Made by a program: the position numbers and the translations under genes. Below, in pieces: positions 20,634-30,340 of a stretch of 64,000 bases of DNA. The DNA is taken from the NCBI GenBank assembly GCA_965195285.1, contig CBDAFS010000049.1, positions 18,452 through 82,451 of the forward strand, written 5' to 3'. The stretch is from an uncultured Aminicenantes bacterium. Its GTDB lineage: Bacteria; Acidobacteriota; Aminicenantia; UBA2199. The notes under the pieces are model-generated. The model had not been told where the DNA came from and made no database searches. It was given only the letters and a program-made list of their open reading frames with translations. Numbering within the stretch: the stretch's first letter is position 1; every line of letters begins with the position of its first letter.

Positions 20634-21614
20634 TTACGCCTCCTTTCCTGATCTGGCTTTTATTTTTTGACTGGCTGCGTACATGATCCTTTTCTTCAAT
20701 TGATCATCGGCATCTGCATATAGCGGAGTCATTCCCTTATAGAATATGGGTTCGGCACAACCCATACAGCCGGCCCCGCAATCAATACAGAAATTCTGTC
20801 CGTCGTTCCATCTCCTGACCGGACAATCGGAATAGGTCTCCGGTCCCTTGCAGCCTTTTTCAATCAGGCACCAGTTCTTTTGCTGGGGGTCATTCCAATC
20901 CTGAAGGAATTTTTCATCTTCAAAATAGGCACGCCGCCTGCAATTGTCGTGAATGACCTCACCAAAATACATGAGGGGCCGCTTGTGTTCATCAAGAGCC
21001 GGCACCTTTTTGGTGACCAGGTAGTACACAATGGTTCCGACCAGGTGGTCCACATGGACCGGGCAGGTGGAGAGATTGATAATGGGTTTGTTTTTTACGA
21101 TTTCGCTAACCCCAACTGCACCGGTGGGTCCGGCAGCCGGAATTCCCCCGAAAGAGGCACAGGCACCCACGGCAATAATGACAGCGGCATTGGAAGCGGC
21201 TTCCAGTACGATTTCACGGAAGGGTCGGCCTCCAATCGTGCAGAAGCGGTCATCGGCCATAGGAATAGATCCTTCCACTATCAGTACATAGCCACCCTGT
21301 TTGACTGTGGCATGATAGGCGGCTTCAGCCTGGTAACCGGATGCAGCCATGATGGTTTCATGGTATCTGATCGATAACTTGTCCAGAATAAGCGAAGCGA
21401 CCGGCGGATTGAGGGAACCGGCAAAGGAAATCGTACAACCGGCGCAATCCTGGCCTTCCAGCCAGATGACCGGTGGTTTATTGGAAGTCGATGCAGCCAT
21501 TACAGCTGAAAGCGTATTGGCAAACTCCAGTTTCGAAACACCCATTACTGCAGCCATTGATCCGCAAAATTTCATGAAATCACGTCGGGTTATTTCTCCA
21601 AAAATTTCACTCAC
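20634..21614 (-). CDS. [NiFe] hydrogenase small subunit with Tat signal
   Basis: TRRDFMK Tat motif, WLEGQDCAGC, GACASFGG, HDNC, CL...GCKGP, FCIDCGAGCMGC. Start set at GTG 21614 after SD aaggaggt. Confidence 0.92.
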   Translation of the reverse strand: MSEIFGEITRRDFMKFCGSMAAVMGVSKLEFANTLSAVMAASTSNKPPVIWLEGQDCAGCTISFAGSLNPPVASLILDKLSIRYHETIMAASGYQAEAAYHATVKQGGYVLIVEGSIPMADDRFCTIGGRPFREIVLEAASNAAVIIAVGACASFGGIPAAGPTGAVGVSEIVKNKPIINLSTCPVHVDHLVGTIVYYLVTKKVPALDEHKRPLMYFGEVIHDNCRRRAYFEDEKFLQDWNDPQQKNWCLIEKGCKGPETYSDCPVRRWNDGQNFCIDCGAGCMGCAEPIFYKGMTPLYADADDQLKKRIMYAASQKIKARSGKEA

Positions 21615-21689
21615 TTTTACCTCCTTATTTTGGTTTGTTGAAGATAGGAAAATGACAATTGAATTGATGATACGGTATACACAAATAAA

Positions 21690-21718
21690 ATTATAAGTAA
21701 AGAAAAATGCAAAGTCAA
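21690..21718 (-). promoter_or_regulatory. Sigma70 promoter of the hydrogenase operon (TTGACT-N17-TATAAT)
   Basis: Minus strand tttggTTGACTttgcatttttctttactTATAATtt. Confidence 0.7.
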
Positions 21719-21803
21719 CCAAAAAAGTCTCATTTGTTTCGTAATTTATTCACCCAGCGTTGACGGTCAACACCAATTTGACTTATATCAGCTACATTTG
21801 AAA

Positions 21804-22394
21804 TTAAACCTGGTTTTTATTCATATTTTCCAGATATATCTTATAATTTTCTATAGAATTGAGGTTGTAATACCATCCGTTGTTTTCCATTGGAATATAT
21901 TTTGTTTGGCATTTTAAAAAGAGTTTACTGATTTTATTTTGCTTTTGTATCAGTAATTCTTCTATCTTGGGAATCAAATTTTTGTTGTAAAAGGCAAAAA
22001 GAGGTTCAAATTTGTTTTTACCAGAAACAGGAACCACGATATCATATTCATCGGTATAAGAATTCAGCTTTTCGATGAAATCAAAATTGACCCCTGGTAT
22101 ATCGCAGGCAATTACAAAATTAACTGCATTTTTTGAGGCACGAAGGCCTGAAAGAATACCCATAAGAGGTCCTGTATTGAGTTTTTCATCAACAACAATA
22201 CGGTGGGGAAGAAAGTCGAATAATTCTCTGGATTGGGCACTTATTAGAATTTCTCCAAAATAAGGCTCAATATCATTGATGATTTTTTCAATGATAGTAA
22301 TGCCAGAAACAGGAAGAAGTGCCTTGTTTCCGTTTATCCGAGCGCTTTTCCCTCCCGCAAGGATGATTGCACTCGTATTCTTTTGTTTTTTCAC
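21804..22394 (-). CDS. mobA: Molybdenum cofactor guanylyltransferase
   Basis: ILAGGKSARING.KA, GPLMGI, ACDIP, EPLFAFY, NLNS. Confidence 0.85.
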   Translation of the reverse strand: MKKQKNTSAIILAGGKSARINGNKALLPVSGITIIEKIINDIEPYFGEILISAQSRELFDFLPHRIVVDEKLNTGPLMGILSGLRASKNAVNFVIACDIPGVNFDFIEKLNSYTDEYDIVVPVSGKNKFEPLFAFYNKNLIPKIEELLIQKQNKISKLFLKCQTKYIPMENNGWYYNLNSIENYKIYLENMNKNQV

Positions 22395-22447
22395 CCCAGT
22401 AAAAAATATTTTAAACTGAATATAATAATTTATACTGGTTAAAATAC

Positions 22448-23566
22448 CTAAAAAGCATAAATACAGCTAAAAATGAGCTGGTTTGTTTTTTGATCGTCAG
22501 CATTTAAATGTTTGCTAATAAAGTTTGTGTATTCCAAACCAAAAGAAACACCACTGCCCATAACATATTTAATACCCACATATATACAATTGGTGTCATC
22601 TAAATCTCCATTACTCAATTGTTCTTCATCAAGACTTTCAAATGCATAACCAACCCAGGCATTAAATTTTTTGCTGGCTTTGTATACCAGTTCTGTCCAG
22701 AAAGCGGTTACTTTTGCTGCCTCAATTTCCATAGCTGCCGCATTATCATAAACGTAAGCTTTGGAAATGAAGTTTTTTAAATTTTGTCCGACAGTAAATT
22801 CTCCCGTTAAGGTAAACTTGGAAAAGGGAATGGTCCAGTCAAAACATACTCCCATGATATTCACATTATTTTCATAGGTGGTTTCTGCTTCATCCACTAC
22901 AATAACACCGTCATGACTTTCTAATCCATATACTCCGGAAACACCAATCTTGATTTTTCCTTTTGCTCCCAGATTCAGGCCTAATCTTCCTTGTAATATA
23001 GGCATATAGGTGGCCCTGGCTTCGGCACTGGTTGGATCGTTAACACTGACGGCAATATTAAATGTACCAGTAGAGTAAGCATAACGAATCTGCGCCCGTC
23101 GGAATCCGACATTACCAGTCTGCCAAAGAGCACCGTTGGTATTTATGGTGGTAGGGCAAAGGGGTCCGAAAACATCCCAGAATTGGCCGAATAAAAATGT
23201 TGAACTTTCTTTGGTTAGAGTGAAGTTGGCATGACGTGTTCTGAATTTCATTTGATTTGCAGTTGAGTCGAAAAGATCCCATTCCAGATGAGCTCCGATT
23301 TTCCATCCATTCCCAACTGTGGCACCGGTCCATTTAAATCCGAAACGTGTATTCATGGCTGTAAGAGCAACGTTACCATCTCCCTCTTTGGCATAACGGG
23401 CGGCAATGATATTGTTAATCCCACTATCCTGGATGTGGGCATCAAGCTTTACGAATCCATAGAAGAAGAAGTTGTCTGTCAATTTGACAGCACCGTGGGT
23501 GTTAAAGGGAATCATGCAGAGAATTACAAAGGTTGTACAAAAAATAACAAGATTTTTTACTTTCAT
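22448..23566 (-). CDS. Outer-membrane porin (DcaP-like beta-barrel)
   Basis: Signal peptide, FYGFVKLDA, TRFGF, GQFWD, R.AQIRY, terminal YAF. Confidence 0.65.
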   Translation of the reverse strand: MKVKNLVIFCTTFVILCMIPFNTHGAVKLTDNFFFYGFVKLDAHIQDSGINNIIAARYAKEGDGNVALTAMNTRFGFKWTGATVGNGWKIGAHLEWDLFDSTANQMKFRTRHANFTLTKESSTFLFGQFWDVFGPLCPTTINTNGALWQTGNVGFRRAQIRYAYSTGTFNIAVSVNDPTSAEARATYMPILQGRLGLNLGAKGKIKIGVSGVYGLESHDGVIVVDEAETTYENNVNIMGVCFDWTIPFSKFTLTGEFTVGQNLKNFISKAYVYDNAAAMEIEAAKVTAFWTELVYKASKKFNAWVGYAFESLDEEQLSNGDLDDTNCIYVGIKYVMGSGVSFGLEYTNFISKHLNADDQKTNQLIFSCIYAF

Positions 23567-23676
23567 ATAAAATTCTCCTTTTTAAGGTTTTCAATTTCTG
23601 AATTTATTTGAGTGTCTTTATAACTTTTCTGTTTTGAATAAATTGTTAAATTTAAGATTAAATTAACTCGAACCAA

Positions 23677-23705
23677 ATTATAAGAATAAAAACAATAAAA
23701 GTCAA
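23677..23705 (-). promoter_or_regulatory. Sigma70 promoter of the porin-mobA unit (TTGACT-N17-TATAAT)
   Basis: Minus strand tttggTTGACTtttattgtttttattctTATAATtt. Confidence 0.7.
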
Positions 23706-23806
23706 CCAAATATGTTTCGGTTTTCAAAAAAAATTGCTTTCTATCATTCCCATTTGATTTTCTCTATTGGTTTTTTTTTGATATAATGGGGATCTGAAAA
23801 GCACAA

Positions 23807-26089
23807 ATGAGAATTAACCGCAGTATAGTAAAAAAAGATAAATCGGATCTGTCGGCCCGAAGGATCCGTATTTTGTTTAAGGGCATCGTACAGGGAGTCG
23901 GGTTCAGGCCCTTTATTTACCGGAGTGTCCAGAAGTTCCGCTTATCGGGATTTGTGAAAAACACTGCCAGGGGAGTGGTTGTGGAGGTTGAAGGCCTTCA
24001 ACTGGACAGGTTTGTCCGCTATATTCTGAAAAATCCGCCGCCGTTATCCCGGATTGAACATCATCAGATCACTGATCTGCCGGTCCGGCTTTCGGTTGGA
24101 TTTGAGATTGTACCCAGTGAGCGGGATGATTTGTGTGATTTGCTGGTATCCGCCGATATTGCCATCTGTAAAAATTGTCAGAGGGAACTGTTTTCCAGGC
24201 AGAACCGGCGCCATGGCTATCCCTTTATCAATTGTACCGATTGCGGCCCGCGCTTGACCATCATCCAGTCCCTGCCCTATGACCGACCGAAAACAACCAT
24301 GAAAGCATTTGAAATGTGCCCGGCCTGCGGGAATGAATATGTCGATCCGACTGATCGGCGGTATCATGCCCAGCCGGTTTCCTGTTTTCAGTGTGGTCCT
24401 GAACTGGCTCTGTACGGAAATGAAAAGTTTAATCATAAGGACCTGATTGAAACGGTCTCCGAAAAACTGAAAAAAGGATTTGTGGTGGCCCTGAAGGGAC
24501 TCGGGGGGTATCATCTGGCCTGCCTGGCCTCATCGGATGTTTCGGTTGTGAAATTGAGAAAATTGAAGAACAGAATGACCAAACCTTTTGCCCTGATGGG
24601 AACCCTGAAAATGATTAAAAAAAACTGTCTGGTTTCCATAAAGGAAAAGCAGATCCTGGATTCTCCGTCGGCACCAATCCTGTTGCTGGAGAAAAAAGAG
24701 TCTTCAACCCTTTCCGATCATATTGCTCCGGGGCAAAACCATATTGGATTTATGCTGCCCTATACTCCCTTGCATTTGTTGATAATTGAAAAGGTCGGGG
24801 AGCCGCTGGTGATGACCAGTGCCAATTTTTCCGGCGAACCCATCATCTATAAGGATGATTTCAAACCTCTGTCGGATCTCTCGGACCTGATTTTAACCCA
24901 TAACCGGGACATCCATGTCTTTGCCGATGATTCGGTGGCCCGGGTTTTTGATAATAATTTGTATATGGTCCGGCGGAGCCGGGGATATGTTCCCCTGCCT
25001 CTTAAGCTTCCCTTCAAAGTTCCCCGAAAAACCGTGGGCCTGGGAGCCATGTTGAAGACCACCTTTAGCGTATTGTTTGATGACCGGGCCATTGTCAGCC
25101 AGTATATCGGCAATACCGATTCTCCGGCTTCAATAGAAGCGGAGAAATTATTACTCCATCACTATCAGCACTTGTTTGCCTTTAATCCGGAACTGGTGGT
25201 GATTGACCGGCATCCGGAATATCCCAACCGCATCCTGGTCGGGGAATATGAGAAATGCCAGGTGATGGAGATTCAGCATCACCGTGCCCATGTCGGTTCT
25301 TTACTGGCCGAACACGGTGAGTTAGGCAAAATCCTGGGGATATCCATGGACGGTACCGGATTCGGGGATGACGGAAAAATCTGGGGGGGGGAATTTTTTG
25401 TTGGTGATTACCGCCAGTTATCCAGGTTTGGTCACCTGAAGTATCAGCTGTTACCCTCGGGAGAACAATCCATAAAAGAACCCTGGCGTTATGGGCTGTC
25501 AATACTGTATGCGTTGTATGGTGATTCGGAGCCGGTCAACAAACTGGCGGAAAAATTCAAGGACAAGGGAAAACTGGTTTTGGAAGCCATCCGGAAAAAA
25601 TTCGGGGGCATCGAAACCTCCAGTTGTGGCAGGCTGTTTGACGCCGTGGCCGCCATTCTGGGAATCGGATATTTTAGCACTTATGACGGTGAACTGCCGT
25701 CCCTTCTTCAGGCCCTGGCTGAAAAAAGTCTCAGGCCGGATACAATCTATTCCTATTCACTGAATCAAGAGGATGGTTATATTCTGGATGTACTTCCGGG
25801 CCTGGATGACATGATCAGGGACAGGCAGGATATTCCCGAAAAGGCATTCGGGTTTCACAATACACTGGCCCACGGATTTCTGGAAATGGCCAGGAAAGCC
25901 CGTTCCGAATTAAAGATTGAAAAAGTCGGCCTGACCGGAGGTGTGTTTCAGAACACACTGCTGCTGGAATTGACCCGCAACCTGTTGGTCAAAAACCGTT
26001 TCGATGTCCTGGTACATTCGGAAATCCCCTCCAATGACGGTGGGATTTCCCTGGGTCAGGCTTTTCTGGCTGCGGCCAGCTATTTATAG
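23807..26089 (+). CDS. hypF: Hydrogenase maturation carbamoyltransferase HypF
   Basis: GIVQGVGFRPF acylphosphatase domain, Zn fingers (CKNC, CTDCGPR, CPAC, CFQCGP), KGLGGYHL, QHHRAH, DGTGFGDDG, NDGGISLGQ. Confidence 0.95.
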   Translation: MRINRSIVKKDKSDLSARRIRILFKGIVQGVGFRPFIYRSVQKFRLSGFVKNTARGVVVEVEGLQLDRFVRYILKNPPPLSRIEHHQITDLPVRLSVGFEIVPSERDDLCDLLVSADIAICKNCQRELFSRQNRRHGYPFINCTDCGPRLTIIQSLPYDRPKTTMKAFEMCPACGNEYVDPTDRRYHAQPVSCFQCGPELALYGNEKFNHKDLIETVSEKLKKGFVVALKGLGGYHLACLASSDVSVVKLRKLKNRMTKPFALMGTLKMIKKNCLVSIKEKQILDSPSAPILLLEKKESSTLSDHIAPGQNHIGFMLPYTPLHLLIIEKVGEPLVMTSANFSGEPIIYKDDFKPLSDLSDLILTHNRDIHVFADDSVARVFDNNLYMVRRSRGYVPLPLKLPFKVPRKTVGLGAMLKTTFSVLFDDRAIVSQYIGNTDSPASIEAEKLLLHHYQHLFAFNPELVVIDRHPEYPNRILVGEYEKCQVMEIQHHRAHVGSLLAEHGELGKILGISMDGTGFGDDGKIWGGEFFVGDYRQLSRFGHLKYQLLPSGEQSIKEPWRYGLSILYALYGDSEPVNKLAEKFKDKGKLVLEAIRKKFGGIETSSCGRLFDAVAAILGIGYFSTYDGELPSLLQALAEKSLRPDTIYSYSLNQEDGYILDVLPGLDDMIRDRQDIPEKAFGFHNTLAHGFLEMARKARSELKIEKVGLTGGVFQNTLLLELTRNLLVKNRFDVLVHSEIPSNDGGISLGQAFLAAASYL

Positions 26090-26099
26090 GAGTTAGCCA

Positions 26100-26315
26100 A
26101 TGTGTTTAGCAGTACCCATGCAGGTAACGGAAATCAATGGTGAAATGGGAAAAGTTGAAATCGGCGGTGTCTGCCGTGAAGTGGGATTGATGCTTCTGGA
26201 AGATATCCGCATCGGTGACTGGGTGATTGTACATGCCGGTATTGCCATTTCAAAGATAAATGATCAAGAGGCTGAAGAAACCCTTAAGCTGTTTAAAGAG
26301 GGCGGGATGATCTGA
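26100..26315 (+). CDS. hypC: Hydrogenase maturation chaperone HypC
   Basis: MCLAVP start and GDWVIVHAG. Confidence 0.95.
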   Translation: MCLAVPMQVTEINGEMGKVEIGGVCREVGLMLLEDIRIGDWVIVHAGIAISKINDQEAEETLKLFKEGGMI

Positions 26316-26361
26316 ACGGAAACATTGGTTTTGGTTCTGAGTTTAGATATTGATTTCTGAT

Positions 26362-27489
26362 CTAGAGTTTATACTCCAAACCCAAGAGCAGGGCCCAGGG
26401 TTTGGCTCCCGAGCTCCAGGATTCTTTCTCTCGCTGGTTTTCAAGCAGTCCGGTAAAATAGAGGCGGAATGATTTGAAAAACCGGTAGGCGATTTTGGCT
26501 ACCAGTCTTTTAATGGGGGGATCATGCAGGGGATGGCCGATTTCCTGGGGGTAATATTCACCGTAATTTACATTCAATAACAGTTTGGGTGATTCGTATC
26601 TCAGGTTCAGGTATCCGCCCTTTCCTTTGATGGGGGTCTTGTATTGGTAGAATATGTCCCGAAAATATAGGCTCCTGGGCCAGTAAATATCCTCTTCGTC
26701 GAATTCCCGATGAAATCCATAGTGGTCCCAGATCCATTCTCCGGATATGGTGAACCTTGAAATCTTAACCATGAAATCAATACCGGTATGTTCTTTGTAT
26801 TCCTTTTGCTGTTCCGAGCCGATGCCATCCTGTGCTTTGTAGGAAAATCCCAGTGCCCAGTTTTTGCCCTGGGCCCCAAGCCGTATGATTCCGGCCTTGC
26901 TGGAATTGGTGTCTCGGTTTTCCTCTCCGTTAACAATGGCAATATCAAAGGAAATGAATTTGTGCCCGTAATGAATCACCAAACCGGTTTCGCGCCAGAG
27001 AATGGCTTCGGTTCGGATGAAGGGGGCACCGAAATTCAGGTTGTTGGAAAAAAAATCGAAATGGTGCCGGCCGAAGGGGGTGAGGACCTTTCCGAATTTG
27101 AGGTTCCATTTGCCCAGCTGCAGAGCCAGGTTCAATTTTGAAATCGTGAAGGTTTCAAGCTCGAAATTGGCCAGGTAATCCTCCCGTTCCTCGTCGGTAA
27201 GGATGTTTTTCCCAAATGGCTGATCAATAAAAAACTCACTCTCAACCGTCAAAACCCCTCCCCTGAATTTTTTTTCAATATTGGCCTGGATGCTGGCTTC
27301 GGCACCAAATGACATTTCCAGACCGCTCCAATAGATACGTTGGTCATCAATGGCATAGGATCTGAAGGTGAAGTCGAGTTGAATACTTGTGGAATCGGTA
27401 ACATTGATTTTTTCCAAAGAATATCCTTGCCAGAAAAAGCCTAAAAGTCCAAGGATAATTAAGATTGGTTTTGATCTGCTGGCCCGCAT
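26362..27489 (-). CDS. Putative outer-membrane beta-barrel protein
   Basis: Signal peptide, KFGK..TPFG and RETG porin-like motifs, alternating hydrophobic strands, terminal LEYKL. Confidence 0.55.
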   Translation of the reverse strand: MRASRSKPILIILGLLGFFWQGYSLEKINVTDSTSIQLDFTFRSYAIDDQRIYWSGLEMSFGAEASIQANIEKKFRGGVLTVESEFFIDQPFGKNILTDEEREDYLANFELETFTISKLNLALQLGKWNLKFGKVLTPFGRHHFDFFSNNLNFGAPFIRTEAILWRETGLVIHYGHKFISFDIAIVNGEENRDTNSSKAGIIRLGAQGKNWALGFSYKAQDGIGSEQQKEYKEHTGIDFMVKISRFTISGEWIWDHYGFHREFDEEDIYWPRSLYFRDIFYQYKTPIKGKGGYLNLRYESPKLLLNVNYGEYYPQEIGHPLHDPPIKRLVAKIAYRFFKSFRLYFTGLLENQREKESWSSGAKPWALLLGLEYKL

Positions 27490-27502
27490 GGTTACCTCCT
27501 GA

Positions 27503-28363
27503 TTAAAACATATATGAAATTCCCCACTGAATATGGTGGGTAAAAAAGTCTATCATGATCTCACCTTCCATATCATCGAAATGCATGCCATGAAGATGGG
27601 AGTAGGTGATTTTGTATTCCAGATAAAATCCGAAATGCCTCCAGGGTTTGTATCGCAGCCCGATTCCCAGTCCGGCCCCGAAGTTTCGCCAGCTGGGCTG
27701 GTAGGAATAGGCATCCCATTCCGGGGCATTTTCGGTTAACTTTAATTCCAGATGGGGAATGGTTGGCCCGGCAGTAATGGACAGGAAGGGTTGAAGTCGA
27801 CCATCCGGGATTTTTTCGGTTGGAAGCAGCATGAGCCGGTATACCAGAGACAACCCGATGTGGTTAATCCCATGGGAAACGCTGAAGTAATCCAGGTAAT
27901 TCTTGATGGCATCGACCCGGTCAATCTCATTTCCATCAAGCACACCCGATACCCGGACTTGCTGGTCTTTGTCATTCAAAAAAATTTTGTGATGAATGAA
28001 TTCAATCCCGATTCCCAGCCGGGGGGTTTTTTTGAAGAAGTGGATGAAGCGAAATCCATAATAGGGTTCGGTGAAGGCATCCGACGCATCATCCAGTTTC
28101 AGTTGAAGCAGCGGTTTGATAAAGGCATTGGGAATGATGGAATTATCCGGGAAAAATGAATCATCCTCAAAATAAAGGTGGGTAAAGGTCAATTGATCGG
28201 TCGGGGTGGTGATGGATAAATCGGCGTAAACCGGGAAGGATTTGCCCCGGTTGTATTCGATATAATTCAGGGTCATGCGGTGGTTTCCGGATTTGGGAAC
28301 GGACAGACAGGAACTCCATATCAATGGGAAAATCAACGCCAAAAAAAAAAAAACCTTTTTCAT
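27503..28363 (-). CDS. Outer-membrane beta-barrel lipoprotein, LpxQ (lipid A oxidase)-like
   Basis: Lipobox-like WSSC, F.EPYYGFR, GIGIEFIHHK, FSVSHGIN, EYK.TY, terminal SYMF. Start moved to MKKVFFF at 28363. Confidence 0.5.
   Translation of the reverse strand: MKKVFFFLALIFPLIWSSCLSVPKSGNHRMTLNYIEYNRGKSFPVYADLSITTPTDQLTFTHLYFEDDSFFPDNSIIPNAFIKPLLQLKLDDASDAFTEPYYGFRFIHFFKKTPRLGIGIEFIHHKIFLNDKDQQVRVSGVLDGNEIDRVDAIKNYLDYFSVSHGINHIGLSLVYRLMLLPTEKIPDGRLQPFLSITAGPTIPHLELKLTENAPEWDAYSYQPSWRNFGAGLGIGLRYKPWRHFGFYLEYKITYSHLHGMHFDDMEGEIMIDFFTHHIQWGISYMF
28341..28353. repeat. A13/T13 homopolymer in the signal-peptide codons of the LpxQ-like gene
   Basis: cgcc-A13-cc on the + strand. Coding strand GTT TTT TTT TTT TTG. 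Confidence 0.9.
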
Positions 28364-28477
28364 AAGCCCATAATCATACCATGAAAACAAAGATTAGACA
28401 AAGCCGGCAGGGTTTTTTGTCTTGACAAATTTTACTGTGAAATTATATGATGTGACTGGTTTTCAAAGGAGGTTATT

Positions 28478-29452
28478 TTGCTATTATTAAATCGTAAAGA
28501 TGTGATGTCTGTTTTAGACATGAAGGATTGTATGGATGTGGTTGAAAAAGCATTTGTCGAATTTACCAGGGGAACCGCTGACCTTCCCTTGCGTGTAAAT
28601 ATCAAACCGCCCGACGGGTTGTCGCTCTATATGCCAGCCTATTTGAAGGAACTGGGTTCCCTGGCCTGCAAGGTGGTCACGGTTTACAAGAACAATCCCT
28701 CAAAATACAATTTGCCGGTCATCACTGGCAAGGTTTTGCTTCAGGATCCGAATACCGGGGATGTCATATGCATCATGGATGGCGGGTATCTGACCGCTGT
28801 TCGGACCGGGGCGGCATCCGGGGTGGCTTCCAAATATCTGGCCCGGGATGAGCAAAGTATGATTGTCGGGATCTTTGGGGCCGGGGTTCAGGCCAAAACC
28901 CAGCTTATGGCCATGGCAGTGGCCCGGCATATTTCCAGGGCCTATATTTTTGATACCTCTGATGAGGCGGCCCTGCATTTGGTAACGGATCTGGGCGCGG
29001 AACTGGATTTTGATATCATTAAAGCGGATTCTCCGGGTCAGCTGATGGAGGCCGATATCATCTGTACCGCCACATCTTCTCCGGATCCCTTGTTTGATGG
29101 TGAAGCCATTAAACCCGGCACTCATATCAACGGGATTGGAAGTCATACCCCCAATGCCCGGGAGTTGGATACGACCATCATCAGGAGATCGAAGCTGGTG
29201 GGGGATTCCCGGGAAGCCTGCTTTAATGAGGCCGGGGATATCATGATTCCTCTGCAGGATGGTTCCATTGATGAATCCCATTTTTATGCGGAACTGGGGG
29301 AAGTGGTTACCGGTATAAAGCCAGGAAGGACAGATGAGGCGGAAATTACGATTTTCAAATCAAATGGGCTGGCCATCCAGGATGCAGCCACTGCCAAGCT
29401 GGTTTATGACAAAGCGGTTAAGGCCGGGATCGGATTCCGGGTGGAATTGTAA
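28478..29452 (+). CDS. Ornithine cyclodeaminase/mu-crystallin family (archaeal-type alanine dehydrogenase-like)
   Basis: MPAY, K.VTVY..N, LTAVRTGAASGVA, GAGVQA, GTHINGIG...ELD, FKSNGLAIQD. Confidence 0.88.
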   Translation: MLLLNRKDVMSVLDMKDCMDVVEKAFVEFTRGTADLPLRVNIKPPDGLSLYMPAYLKELGSLACKVVTVYKNNPSKYNLPVITGKVLLQDPNTGDVICIMDGGYLTAVRTGAASGVASKYLARDEQSMIVGIFGAGVQAKTQLMAMAVARHISRAYIFDTSDEAALHLVTDLGAELDFDIIKADSPGQLMEADIICTATSSPDPLFDGEAIKPGTHINGIGSHTPNARELDTTIIRRSKLVGDSREACFNEAGDIMIPLQDGSIDESHFYAELGEVVTGIKPGRTDEAEITIFKSNGLAIQDAATAKLVYDKAVKAGIGFRVEL

Positions 29453-29463
29453 GGAGATATGAC

Positions 29464-30222
29464 ATGAAGATCGATTTAATTGGAATAAATATCCTGATTA
29501 CCGGTGCCAGCCGGGGAATCGGCCAGGCCATTGCCCGACTGCTGGGAAAGGCCGGTGCCACTCTGGCCATACATTACCATCAAAATCAGGAATCTGCTCA
29601 GGAGCTGCAAAAAGAAATCGGTTCTCCGTCAGAGGTTTTTCAGGCTGATCTGGCAGATTCTGAAGAATGTATTCGTCTTTTCGAGCGGGTTGAAGAGAAA
29701 TTCGGGCATATTGATGTGTTGATCAACAATGCCGGAATTGCCATTCAGTCCCCGGTGGAACTGGAGCCGGAGGCCTGGATCCGGGATTGGGAATCCACTC
29801 TGAAGGTGAATCTCTCGGCCACTGCCCTGCTGTGTAAACTGGCCATCCGTCATTTTCTCAACCACAAGGGGGGGCGGATCATCAATATTGCTTCCCGGGC
29901 AGCTTTCCGGGGGGATACCATCGATTACCTGGCCTATGCAGCCTCCAAGGGCGGTATGGTCTCTTTGACCCGGTCCATTGCCCGTGGTTTTGGCAAACAG
30001 AACATCAAGGCCTTCCTCATTGCCCCGGGTTTTGTCAGGACCGATATGGCCCGGGAATTCATTGATTTCTATGGCGAGGAAAAGACCATTTCTGACCTGG
30101 CTTTAAATCGGTTGACCGAACCCGAGGATGTGGCACCCATGGTGGTATTTTTAGCCAGCGGCCTGGCCGACCATGCCACCGGCGGCACTTTTGACATCAA
30201 CGCCGGCAGTTACGTCCATTAG
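29464..30222 (+). CDS. Short-chain dehydrogenase/reductase
   Basis: TGASRGIG, NNAG, YAASK, PGFVRT. Confidence 0.9.
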   Translation: MKIDLIGINILITGASRGIGQAIARLLGKAGATLAIHYHQNQESAQELQKEIGSPSEVFQADLADSEECIRLFERVEEKFGHIDVLINNAGIAIQSPVELEPEAWIRDWESTLKVNLSATALLCKLAIRHFLNHKGGRIINIASRAAFRGDTIDYLAYAASKGGMVSLTRSIARGFGKQNIKAFLIAPGFVRTDMAREFIDFYGEEKTISDLALNRLTEPEDVAPMVVFLASGLADHATGGTFDINAGSYVH

Positions 30223-30310
30223 GAAGAAATTGGAGTGTAAGTTAGTCTTTCCATCGAGCAAAGTAGTTGAAAAAACAGAGTAAGGAGTCAATATTGTGGT
30301 GATGATGCTT

Positions 30311-30340
30311 AAGCTAGAAGCTAGAGAAGCTAGAAGCTAG
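30311..30340 (+). repeat. Four tandem AAGCTAG units abutting the left end of the HUH element
   Basis: AAGCTAG AAGCTAG AG AAGCTAG AAGCTAG. The last G is the first base of the inverted repeat. Confidence 0.9.

Noticed and set aside
25383-25391. G9 run in hypF as a phase-variation tract
   Set aside because: Encodes the conserved WGGE motif, is in frame, and lies mid-gene in a housekeeping maturase.
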